64,000 nucleotides of DNA from NCBI GenBank assembly GCA_951406725.2, contig OX597814.1, forward strand, positions 138,322,001 through 138,386,000. Direction: 5' to 3'. Below the pieces are notes generated by a model, which was not told the origin of the DNA, made no database searches, and saw only the letters and a program-made list of their open reading frames with translations. The position numbers were made by a program, and so were the translations under genes. Every line of letters begins with the position of its first letter. The first letter of the stretch is position 1. Source of the DNA: Octopus vulgaris. Taxonomy: Eukaryota. Positions 40,210-51,840 of the stretch are shown one piece after another.

Positions 40210-40460
40210 GTTAATTAATTTGGATAGGTGTAATCTGTACTTGGATTGTGACATGATAAACAGTAAGGTAATCCTTATTTAGATTATAAACATTTAGGTT
40301 ATCCATATTTGGATTATGACATGATGAACAACAAGGTAATACAGGTTTAGATATATGATAATTAATAATGTGATCTGTAATTGGATAACAATATGATAAA
40401 TACTAAAGTAATCTGTATTTGGATTTTGACATGATATACAATAAGATAATCTATATTTAT
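40210..40460. repeat. Degenerate minisatellite of roughly 30-38-bp units
   Basis: gtaatctgtatttggattatgacatgataaacaataag-like unit, about 6-7 copies. Confidence 0.75.
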
Positions 40461-40555
40461 CTGCAGTGTGTTTAAATGGTTAAATAGTCATTTTAAATTG
40501 TCACTAGATAATCATTCTTTGTGTTTATGATATTTTTCCTTGGATGTTGTTCTAG

Positions 40556-40732
40556 AATAAATACTTCTTGGTGTCTGATCAACCTGTGGATTTTGAAGGA
40601 AAACCATTGAAAGAATCTGCAATATACAGTTCGTACTGGAAAGCTAATCACCTGCCTTTGTATGGAATGGCTCAGCCGAACACTGCTAACCTGAAGAAGA
40701 TTCTAGAAATGCTTTTGGCACATAGTAAACCA
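40556..40732 (+). CDS. PALD1: Paladin-like exon 3: NKYFLVSDQP...HLPLYGMAQPNTANLKKILEMLLAHSKP
   Basis: ttctag acceptor, gtaagt donor, 177 nt, phase 0. YFLV.D and YGMAQP are paladin/PTP-like phytase motifs. Confidence 0.9.
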
Positions 40733-41577
40733 GTAAGTTTGAGATTGTCTCATAACAGATCTTTCATCGTTTACATTTAACATTTTACTTTGTTTCAATC
40801 ATTGGACTGTGGCCATACTGGAGCATTGCCTTGGAGGGTTTATTAGTCCAGCAGTTCTCAACCATTTGTTATCTATGACTCTACATCGAAGAGGCCAAGG
40901 AACAGAAGAAAGAAAACATGCACCCAACATGAGAGCTGAAGACACCTCCGAAAGTGGGTGGGGCATGCCACATCAAAACGGTAGAGGAGTAGGGGCCGAA
41001 ACCAGACGGGGTTCCTCTTGATGATGTCTTGAGCTAACTGGATCCTATAAAGGAGCTGTTGTGGTAGCAGACCATGAAACACGGTTAAAATTCCTCCTAT
41101 TCTGTTCTTGTGGACCTTCTTATTTTGTTTTCCACATGTTCACTTGTGTAGGTTTGCAATAGCATTCTCTGAAAGAACAAGCTCCAGTGGCTGGAAACTT
41201 GTTGAACTATGTAAAATGCTTGAGAAACAACTTATCTGTCTCTTGCAATAGATACATCTCAAGCAAAATTTTTTCCTGGACTCTTAAAATACTATTGTCG
41301 GTCCTCTATTTACTAGTTTACTTAGTTTATTTGTGTGGACCCCCAAAATTCTTATATGGACCCCCATAGCTCATATGGACCCAAGTTGAGGACCACAGGT
41401 TTAGTTGAATATATCAACCCTAGTACTTATTTGTTAAGTTTGGTACATATTCTGTTAGTCCTTTTTGCCAAACCACTTAGTTACTGGGTTGTAAAAAAAA
41501 ACAATTGCTGTTGTCAAGCAGTGGTGAGGGGACAAACACAAACACACACATATACATACATACATACATACATACAT

Positions 41578-41615
<38 letters not shown>

Positions 41616-42119
41616 GTATGTATATAGATATTAATATATGATAATAATGATGATATATATATATATATATATATATATTATCATCATCTTTTAACGTCTG
41701 TTTTCCATGCTAACATAGGTTGGATGGTTCGACTGGGGTCTAGGAAGCCAGGAGGCTGTGCCAGGCTCCAGTCTGATCTGGCAGTGTTTCTACAGCTGGA
41801 TGCCCTTCCTAATGCCAACCACTCTGTGAGTGTAGTGGGTGCAACACAGTTTCCATCTACCAAATTCATTCACAAGGCTTTGGTTAGTCCAAGGCTGTAA
41901 TAGAAGACACTTGCCCAAAGTGCCATGCTGTGGAATTGAACCTAAAATCATGTGGTTGCAAAGTGAGCTACTTAATCGCACAGCCTTGCCTCTGCCTACC
42001 TACATTATCTAAGGGGAAAAGACTGAAAAGGAAAACAATAATAATCAAACATATCGTGTTGTGAAGGGAACTGCACCAGCCTCCACTGTCCTGTTTTGGC
42101 ATGGTTTTTACAGCTGGCC

Positions 42120-42500
42120 ATCAACAACTTTTCTCCAATGTTCTTGACTCTGAGTTGTTTTTGTCTACTTCCCTCAGTTGGATCCCTGTGTCTTCAGTTC
42201 TGCCTCTGTATCATACCTCATATATTTCCCTGAGGGAAGGCCTTCCTCTCCCTGGTCTTGTTGACTTTGAATTGTCATCAATGCTTCTGTAACTCTTTAT
42301 TTTTTCTGGGTAGGGCTGTTGGCCTTGCACAACCCTGTTTTTACCTCTGGGAAGGGATGAGGTGATCCATATTAGTATGGCCTCTACCCTTTGACCTGTC
42401 CGGCATGGGAGGCTCTACCAAGAGTTTGCACTCTGTTGGTGTAGACCTCAGGGTCAGTGATATGCACAAGCCATCACACTGCAACAAGGACTGAATCTGG
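42120..42500 (-). mobile_element. Non-autonomous element resembling an RTE 5' UTR; second copy at about 53105-53515 (-)
   Basis: Two homologous copies. The minus-strand motif ggtagagcctcccatgccggacaggtcaaagggtagaggcc resembles RTE-clade 5' ends as I recall them. Confidence 0.55.
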
Positions 42501-43844
42501 TGGTGGACCCATTCATTTTGGTATTGTTTTCTACTTGTTTCAGCCATTAGACTGCGGCCATGCTGGGGCACTGCCATGAAGAATTTTTAGTTGGAGGGAT
42601 TGATCCCAGTACTAAATTTTTTAAGCCTGATACTTATTCTATCAGTCTCTTTTCACTGAACTGCTAAGTTACAGGGGAGATAAATACACCAACACCAGTT
42701 GTCAAGTGGTGGTAGGGGACAAAAACTGACAGAAAGACACACAGACACGCACACACATACGCATGAACACACACATGTACACACATATATATGACAGTCT
42801 TCTTTTCAGTATCTATCTATCAAATCCACTCACAAGGTTTTGGTCAGGCTATAGTAGGAGTCACTTGCACAAAGTGAGGTGCATACAGTGGGACTGAACC
42901 CAGAACCATGTGGTTGAGAAGCAAACTTCATACCACACAGCCATGCCTGTAATTTATTAACATTAGGGTAACTCTTTCTACGGATTTACAAAAGGAAAAA
43001 TAGTAAAATGTACACTCTTGAGAATGTGACTATTGATGCTGGTATGGTATGTGGTGAAGAAGGTCACTTTGTACTCACAAGGTTTTAGAATCAGTTCCAT
43101 TGCATGGCACTTTAACTCTTTAGCATTCAGATTCTTTTCTACTCTCGGCACAAGGTCCGAAATTTTGGGGGAGGGTGCCTGTCAATTAGATTGACACCAG
43201 TACACAACTGGTACTTAATTTATCAACCCTGAAAGGCAAAGTCGACCTCAGCAGGATTTGAACTCAGAATGTAAAAACAGACAAAATACTTCATGCTAAC
43301 ATTTCTGCCTGCTCGCCGCCTTTAGCATTCAGATTATCCAATCAGATGTAATTTTTATATATCAACATCATTTGAATTAATCATGCATTATCTTGTAGTT
43401 TTGAGATTTTGATAATGCAGTTGTTTATCTTTAGAATCACATTCAAGGGTAGGTGTGAGAGATGGGATATGGACAATTTGAACATAAAACAAAAAGAATA
43501 TTTGGGTTAGATATAGTCATTTTAAATACTAAAGGGTTAAGTAAGCATCTGTACTGTAGTCCCTGGCTGACCATTGGCTTGTGAGTGAATTTGATTGAGG
43601 GAAAATGCTGGAAGCTTTCAAAAACCTGGGGGATATATAAAAAAAAGCAAAAAATCCTCTGTCAATTGAAAAGTAGATAAGGGTTGGTATAGAAAGTGCA
43701 TCCAATCATAAAACCTTACCTTAAATCCTCTGTCTAACCCATACAAACACTGAAAAATACACATTCAAATGAAGGAATGACTGATTCTTGAGAAAAGAAA
43801 ATAACTGCTTCAATTCAGAGTATATGTGATGTCTTCTGTTGTAG

Positions 43845-44015
43845 GTTTTGCTACTTAATCTGAGAGAAGAACCAGTTTTTGTACTGGCAGTCAACCAAAA
43901 CGCTGAAAATGCTGTGTCTTATTCAATTCGGACAAAGGAGGAAGTGCATGATTGCATTGTTTCAGGATTAACTGAGAAAGAGGCCAATGAACAGGAACTG
44001 ACACTTCGCAAACAG
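43845..44015 (+). CDS. PALD1: Paladin-like exon 4: VLLLNLREEPVFVL...EANEQELTLRKQ
   Basis: gtag acceptor, gtatct donor, 171 nt, phase 0. NLREEP signature of the family. Confidence 0.92.
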
Positions 44016-45643
44016 GTATCTCACTTTGCTTTTCTAATTATGTTGATGTCTCCTGTTAATTTTGAATATTATGATCATAATGTATGTTAGTTGAGGGCTC
44101 ATGACCTTGTGGTTAGAATGTTGTGCTCAAGATTGTGAGATCATGTTTTTAATTCCTGGATTGGGTGGTGAGTTGTATTCTCAAGTAAAACACTTCATCT
44201 CAAGTTGCTCTGTAATTGCTTCAACTCCTGACATGTGGTACAATGTGCACCTGTTCAGGTGATGCTGATTTGATGGAGAGAGTGAGCTAATGTACAGCAT
44301 AAACATTTAACCCTTTTGTTACTGTATTTATTGTGAGGGTGGCACATAAAAAGCACCATCCGACCGTGGCCGTTTGCCAGCCCTGTCTGGCACCTGTGCT
44401 GGTGGCACGTAAAAAGCACCCACTACACTCACGGAGTGGTTGGCGTTAGGAAGGGCATCCAGCTGTAGAAACATTGCCAGATCAGACTGGGCCTGGTGCA
44501 GCCTTCTTGCTTCCCAGACCCCAGTTGAACCGTCCAACTCATGCTAGCATGGAAAGCGGACGCTAAATGATGATGATGATGATGATGATGATGATGTTTT
44601 GTGTTTCTTTTGAATACTTTAAGTATAACAAAGAATTTAGTAAAATAACTTAGTTATCTTTCAGCTAGTGTTAGGAACATAAATTGTGACTAAGGTTTGG
44701 TGGAAGATTTTAATTCAAAACTTATGAAAACATTACATTTGTACTCAGAGCCAGAGCTGATTTCAGCCGGGTTGGTAATGAAAGGGTTAATCAACCACTA
44801 TAAACAAATCATTTGTGCAGGTTGCTCAGCAAGAAAATGCAGAACTGGTTCTATCATTGGAATATGTGAGAGAGACTATCGATCTATGTATATGAAGGAA
44901 ATCATGATTTCATTCCTTCACACATGCATACATGCTAACATGCATGCACACATACATACCTACAACAAATACATGCACACATAAACAGAAGATAGTTATT
45001 AAATACCTGATCAACAGGTGAGATAAGGTAGGATGCCTCTAACACAGGGGTTCCCAACTGGTGGTTCCCGACCCCCCAGGAAGTCATAAAGTCTTGGTAG
45101 GGGGTTCACATAGCCTTGCTCAGTCAAGTGGCCTTAACATTGGTTTCAAATTTTGGTACAAAGCCAGCAAGTTTGAGGGAAATGGGTAAGTTGATTACAT
45201 CAATCCCAGTGCACAACTAGTACTTATTGTATCAACTCTAAAAGGATAAAATGCAAAGCTGGCCTCAGTGGTATTTGAACTCAGAACATAAAGAGAGAAG
45301 AAATGCTGTTAAGCATTTTGCTCAGCATGTTTACCACCTTAATGCATAACTCAGTATTGGTTTCGAATTGTGGCACAAGGCCAGCAAGTTCAGGGCAAGG
45401 AGTTAAGTTGCTTACATCGACCCCAATACTCAACTGGTATTTATGTTATCAACCCTGAAAAGATGAAAGGCAAAGCTGACCTTGGTGGAATTTGAACTCA
45501 GAGCATAAAGACAGACACAATGTCACTAAGCATTTTGCCCGTGTGCTAACGATTCTGCCAAGCTCACCACCTTAATGTTTAACTCAAAATTAATGACATA
45601 TATAAATCAATGTAAATGCTAATATTTTTGGATTCTTTCACAG

Positions 45644-45798
45644 GTTTTAAGATATGCTGCAACAAATGACAGCTTTGATTTCCCCTTTTACAACTGCCCA
45701 ACTAAAGAACCATACATTTACAATGTACAGTATGAAGATTTCCTCATAACATCCAATGAAATGTATTCCAGGTTACAGTTTGAATATGCAGGTCTCAG
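45644..45798 (+). CDS. PALD1: Paladin-like exon 5: VLRYAATNDSFDFPFYNCPTKEPYIYNVQYEDFLITSNEMYSRLQFEYAGL(R)
   Basis: tttcacag acceptor, AG|gtaagc donor, 155 nt open frame (phase 0 to 2), matching the next exon. Not in the ORF track. Confidence 0.85.
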
Positions 45799-46789
45799 GT
45801 AAGCATAATGTGTGCCCAGTAAACTTAAACAGTACTACCTACTTGTTATAACCATTTACTTACAATTTCTCTTCGTAGTTGCTAAACATGCTAGAAAAAG
45901 CAGCCAAATTTTTACTAAAGTCACACTATGGTCGTGACTGTGGCCGTTGATGTGCTCATGCTTGTGCTCATGTTTGTGTAAGTGGTTGCGGTTGTGGTTG
46001 TGCATGTGGTCATGCAGTAGATGTCTTTGAGGTAGTTGTAGTCTTGTTCTTACTGGTGGATGTTCTCCTCCTCATCTTCGTGCTCATACTTTTATCTAAA
46101 ATTATATTATTAGATAATATTATATACATAAATGAAACCTGAGAAACAAAGGCTGGATGGTCATAGCTGGAAAGTTACCAATCATAGATCTGTTCAGAGA
46201 GAGCTGTCATGGGGCTAAACAGCAACACTCTTTTACAAATTGTGAATTGTAACATGCACTTATACACACACACTCACACACAAATATATATCCTCCTTCT
46301 CATCCATATTGTTGTCTTCCTCCTCCTCCTCATCATCATCATTATCAGCAACAGCAGCCACCCTTCCATCCTTCACCTCATCTTCCTCCTCTTCCTTCCT
46401 CTTCCTCTTCCTAGAGTGCACTCAGAGCCATGTGCTTGTGCAACATTCTGTAGCTACTATAGCTTCCTCCTACATCTTAAAGCAAAAAGAGCTGTAAGCT
46501 ATCAAAATTGATTACATGATTCCTGTTCCCTTGTCAAATCATTAATTAATATTATGCTCTGTACTTGCCTAACACTTTACTGTAAATCATATGTCTGTTG
46601 AGTTCTGTTATTAGTATTGCTATGCCTAGAGACTGAAAGAGAAGAAAAACAGAAAGTTTGACTCATACTGTCTTTCTTCCTCAACTGTATATGTGTCTAC
46701 TTCTGTCAGTACTGCTATGTTTCAGCTTTCTGTCTCCAATTGTTTTTCCTTAACATGGTGTGGTTTGAGGGAGATTTGACTGCTGTTTC

Positions 46790-47724
46790 TCAGAATGGGG
46801 AAGGGGGAGTCTTCAAGATGACACAGAGTTTGGATGTCTTGCAACTGCCACCATTGGGGAAAACATTGATCATGTTCACCACATGGTGATGGATGAGAGG
46901 TGATTGACTATAAATAGTGATTGACTATTAGAATATCCTGTGAAAGAGTTGAGAATATTTTGCACAATGAACATTGCATGATGAATGTTTTTGCTCAGTG
47001 CATGCCACGTTTTCTGATACCTGTTCAAAAATGTACCTGGTTGATCACACTGTGGAAAAATCTGACATTGTTTGAGGCAGATCCAGCTAGTTCCCTTGAA
47101 TGTTTCTTAAGCTTTGATGAGTGTTGCTTTCATCACTTTGAGCCAGAGATAAAGAGACAATCCATGCAGTAGAAACACTCTTCCTCACCTACTCCATAGA
47201 AGGTCATGGTTGTTTTATCTGCAGGGAAGGTGATGACCTCAGTTTTTTTGGATGCAAAAGGCATTGTATTTATCAACTATCTTCAAAAAGGACATACCAT
47301 TGATGCTGAGGCAGTTATGAAAGGTAGTCAAGTCCAGACACCCAGGTCTTGTTTCATCTGGACAATGCTCCAGCACACAAGTCATTGGTTTCAATGGCTA
47401 CTGTGTGTGACTGTGACTTTGAACTAGTTGATCACCCCCACCCCTATTCTCCTGATTTGGCCCCATCTGACTATCATTTGTTCCCCAGTATGAAAAACAC
47501 TTGGCTAGGAAGCAGTATCACAGTGATGATGATGTCATATCTGCTGTTGATGACTTTTCTGACCAACAGGATGATGTCTTCTTCCTCAATGGGATCCAAG
47601 GACTGCAACGCTGATGGAAGTAGTGTGTGGGCCACAAGGGGGACTATGTTGAACGATAAACCTTATTTGATCACATTCCATGAGAATACCTTGGTTTGCT
47701 TTTGAACTTTTCAACCAGCCCTCA
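46790..47724 (+). mobile_element. Mariner (DD34D) transposon remnant, pseudogenised transposase
   Basis: DECCFHHFEPEIKRQSMQ*, SAGKVMTSVF.DAKG, FHLDNAPAH, HPYSPDLAPSDYHLF. 3' TIR ...gaacttttcaaccagccctca followed by TA. Confidence 0.9.
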
Positions 47725-48083
47725 TACAATGTGCACTGGGGCACTTTTCTTGTGTTATTACCACCAGTAAGGTCATCAAGTAACTTACAAGACTAATAAT
47801 GTTTGGAACATAAATTAAAATGGAAATTTGTAGGAAAGTTTTGATGTTTGATCAATTTAAACAGGAAGATTGTATTATAGAACTAGTGGCAGTCTTGAGT
47901 GGATCTGTGCAAAAGGGTTAAAATAAGAGTGGATTTGTGTCAGAGAACAAGAAGAGATTTAACACAAGAGAGTTAGCACACCAGCGGTGGTGCCCCAGCA
48001 TGGCCGCGGCCTTCGGGCTAAAACAGTTTTAAGGATTTAAGGATAGGTTCATACCAAATGAGTTAAATTTCAGAGTATATTTG

Positions 48084-48308
48084 ATACTCTTTACTCTCTT
48101 TTACTCTTTTACTTGTTTCAGTCATTTGACTGTAGCCATGCTGGAGCACCGCCTTTAATCGAGCAACTCGACCCCGGGACTTATTCTTTGTAAGCCCAGT
48201 AATTATTCTATCGGTCTCTTTTGCTGAACTGCTAAGTGATGGGGACATAAACACACCAGCATCGGTTGTCAAGCAATGCTAGGGGGACAAACACAGACAC
48301 ACAAACAT

Positions 48309-48343
<35 letters not shown>

Positions 48344-48520
48344 CACACATACATATTTACGACGGGCTTCTTTCAGTTTCCGTCTATCAAATCCACTCAC
48401 AAGGCTTTGGTCGGCCCGAGGCTATATAGTAGAAGACACTTGCCCAAGGTGCCACGCAGTGGGACTGAACCCGGAACCATGTGGTGAGTAAACAAGCTAC
48501 TTACCACACAGCCACTCCTG
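48084..48520 (-). mobile_element. Young, CpG-retaining full-length SINE B copy ending 25 nt upstream of paladin exon 6
   Basis: Near-consensus reverse complement of the 38289-38706 family. Confidence 0.85.
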
Positions 48521-48545
48521 ATGTTTTTTTTGTTTTTACTTTCAG

Positions 48546-48621
48546 GTATTTCAGATGGTGTATGCCATTATACTCAGCATTATCAGAAGAACAATTCGAT
48601 TCTTTCATTTCATTTATGAAG
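48546..48621 (+). CDS. PALD1: Paladin-like exon 6: (R)YFRWCMPLYSALSEEQFDSFISFMK
   Basis: ttcag acceptor, AAG|gtaaat donor, 76 nt (phase 2 to 0). Matches the Y.R.P......E..FD.F motif. Confidence 0.88.
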
Positions 48622-49425
48622 GTAAATTTAAACTTTCAAAAAGTATTTTTTTCAACATTTGAATTTAATTTGTCAAAATATTTTTGTCGCATTGAGACCG
48701 CGACCTGTTCACTGACAAAACTTTGTGCTGCATCTGAGAAAGTAACAGTTAGTTCATGATATATATGTACGTATGTATGTGTGTATGTATGTATGTATGT
48801 ATGTATGTATGTATGTATGTATGTATGTATGTATGTATGTATGTATGTATGTATGTATGTATGTATGTATGTGCATATGTATGTATGTATGTATGTATGT
48901 GCGTATGTATGTATGTGTGTACATGTATGTGCACATGCATGTGTGCATGCCTATACACATGTATGTATGTATGTACTTATGTACTTATGTACTTACGTAT
49001 GTATGTGAGTATTTAGGAGATGTGTAGACGTGTTTGTGTGTGTGTACATGTGTATGTACCTGTGAATGTATGTTTATGTACTGATATGTGTCAGTTTAAG
49101 TTGTATACATGACTGTTACCTTGTTGAAGGTTGTATATATACACACATATACATTTATATAGACACACACACATATATATATGTTGAAGTGAATCTAACG
49201 GTTTTTGTGTATTTCTTAAATGGCTTATAAACACTTTCCACGCTGCAATTGCTTTCATTCCAGCACACGATCTCAGATCAGGTCACTTGCTATGCAAGTA
49301 CATCTCCAGTATTTTTTTGTTTTTGTGTTTATACTTCATTGTCTTTCTTTCAGTTAAGATCTCTTAATAGCTGAATAATATTTACTTTCTTTGTATTTTT
49401 TCTTCTTCCTTAAATTTTCTAACAG

Positions 49426-49568
49426 CCATACGTCTTTGATGTGAAGCAAACCTGCATTATTCCAGCTATACTTATTGCTAAGGACAAAAGAGATGAGCGA
49501 TGTACAACTGCAATGGTTCTGTGCAGTCTCCTCTATGGCAACGTTTTTGGGTTTCCACATGAAGCCAA
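49426..49568 (+). CDS. PALD1: Paladin-like exon 7 (P-loop exon): PYVFDVKQTCIIPAILIAKDKRDERCTTAMVLCSLLYGNVFGFPHEA(N)
   Basis: Long pyrimidine tract then ctaacag acceptor, AA|gtaagt donor, 143 nt (phase 0 to 2). R.T.AMVL..L aligns with the helix after the P-loop. Not in the ORF track. Confidence 0.85.
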
Positions 49569-49817
49569 GTAAGTTCTAGAAAGATATATCTTTTATCGTT
49601 TAGCATTAAGACTGTGGCCATGCTGGGGCAAATGCCTTGAAGAATTTTTTTAGTTAAATGAGTTGACCCTAGTACTTGCTTTTTGTTAAGCCTGGTACTT
49701 ATTTCATTGGTTTCTTTTGCCAAACTGCTAAGTTACAAGTATGTAAACACACTAACAAGACTTGTCAAGCAATGGTAGGGAACAGACAAAGACACACATG
49801 CACGCACACATGCGCAC

Positions 49818-49870
<53 letters not shown>

Positions 49871-50148
49871 TAGAGAGAGGCCTCTTTCAGTTTCTATCTA
49901 CCAAATCGATTCACAAAATGTTTGTTTGCCTGAAACAATACTACAAGATATTTGCCTAAGGTGTCATGAAGTGGGACTGAACCTGGAACTAGGTGCTTGG
50001 GAAGTTTGTTAGTGAGGTCAGAGCAAGGCAGAAAAACAGTGGGGTCAACGAGTCTCTTTTGACTTGTAATTCATTTTCCAGTATTACATGGTTTTATTTT
50101 TTTAATGACCTGTGATTCATTTTTCAGTGTTATGCTGGTTTATTATTA

Positions 50149-50188
<40 letters not shown>

Positions 50189-50259
50189 TTTTTTTTTTCT
50201 TCTTTCAAATTTGCTTCCATTTCTTGCCGAGTGTCTTCCCGACTCCTAGGGCAAAGGGA

Positions 50260-51662
50260 TTATTATTATTATTATTCTATGTTTGACTTTTGCTTTATAT
50301 TTGTACAAGTTGGCTCCAAGTCTCACCCAGAGACCTCAAGAGACAACAGGTTGGAAGTTCATGTTGTTGTTATGCCTAGTGTGCCATATATTTGGGGGGT
50401 GGGGATGTTGTACTAATGAATGTCTAAAAAGAAAAAAAAAAGGTTTTTTTTTTTTTTTTTTTTAAACCGAAAATTATGTTTGTTTTAAACCTTGAGATTA
50501 CATAGAGAGTATTTTGCGTAGGATATGAGCAGTTCCCATGAGCACTATCTTTTGAACTTCTGCCATTTTTGGGTTTCCTGGTATCTGAGTTAGGTAGCTA
50601 TCAGCCCCTTTTGCTATCATTCCCAGGGCACCTATGACAACAGGTATTGTTTTAGTCTTCAGCTTCCACATTTTGCTGATTTCTATTTCAAGATCTTTAT
50701 ATTTGCTCAGTTTTTGGTAGGTCTTGACAGATACGTTTATATCGATTGGGACAATCATATCAATGAGGAGGCATGTTCTTTGTTTGAAGTTTTTCAATAT
50801 GATGTCTGGCCTATTTGCATCTATCTTCCTGTCAGTTTGAATGGTGAAGTTCCAGAGGAGTGAGATGTGGTCATTTTCAAGCACTGGGGGTGGTTTGTGT
50901 TCCCACCAGTTTTTTTCATGGGGCAAATCCAGGTTTTTACAGATTACCCAGTGAATATATTGTGCAGCTCTATCGTGCCTGTTGAGATACACTGTAGGCG
51001 CTAGAAGACTGCACTTGGAGACCACATGGTCAATGGTTTCATTTTGTTGCTTGCATACATGACACGTTGGACTGCTTCTGATCTTTAATATGTTGGCCTG
51101 GTAGTTTCTTGTTGGTAGGCATTGATCTTGAGCTGCTATGATAAACCCCTCTGTTTCAGATTTTAAGCCAGAGGCCATTAGCCATTGATGGGTCAGGGCT
51201 TTGTCGATATCTGCATTATTCGCTCTCTTTGGGTATTTGCCATAGAGAGGTTTTTCTTGCCATTTATTATTCAGAATATCTAAGGCCGCAGTTTTGGCAC
51301 GGGTTTTCATGCGCCTAGCTTTTTCTGTGCTTGTTTCTTGTATATCTATCTCTAATTCCGAAATTGGTTGTATTCGGAATTCACTTAGATATTCCTTTGC
51401 CTGTTTTGTGACTGAGTATGATGCTTTCTTGTTTTCATGTTTTGAGACAAGTTTTAGCATCCAGTCCTCAGAGTTTTTCAGGTAGGTGTCTAGGCCAATT
51501 GTAGCAATCTTCATTGTTATTGCCAGTTGCAAAAGACCACGGCCTCCCTCTTTTCTTGGCAGATAGAGTCGTTCTGTATCTGCCTTAGGGTGGTGCATTC
51601 TATGCATTGTCAACAGTTTCCTTATTTTTCTGTCGAGCTGACATATTTCAGTAATTGACCAG
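50260..51662 (-). mobile_element. 5'-truncated Dong/R4-clade (RLE) non-LTR retrotransposon; ORF fragment with C-terminal region, CCHC knuckle and restriction-like endonuclease
   Basis: The frame runs uninterrupted from about 51661 to 50498: HHPKADTERLYLPRKEGGRGL, CHVC...ETIDHVVSKC, RHD, RPDII...IDMIVP, KYKDLE, IPVVIGALG. (TAA)n lies on both sides. Confidence 0.92.
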
Positions 51663-51713
<51 letters not shown>

Positions 51714-51728
51714 GCCTTTAACTTTCAG

Positions 51729-51840
51729 CTCTTCACCAGCCAAAATCAATCCAAAGAAGCCATGCTATGAAAAAGGAGAATTCCAAGCAATTAGATCCTT
51801 GGTGTCTTTGTTACCAGATGGTTTGTTGCGAAAACAACAG
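51729..51840 (+). CDS. PALD1: Paladin-like exon 8: (N)SSPAKINPKKPCYEKGEFQAIRSLVSLLPDGLLRKQQ
   Basis: tttcag acceptor, CAG|gtaaat donor, 112 nt (phase 2 to 0). GEF..I..LV..LPDG..K motif. Confidence 0.9.

Noticed and set aside
48749-49027. ORFs such as MYVCMYVC, HTYIHTYI and poly-I/M/H/V (also 5774-6243, 17851-18565, 29358-29735, 35843-36187)
   Set aside because: Translations of microsatellites lacking stop codons, not proteins.
50498-51613. Nested antisense host gene (371 aa ORF)
   Set aside because: The motifs identify a 5'-truncated retrotransposon ORF lacking the RT core and a promoter.
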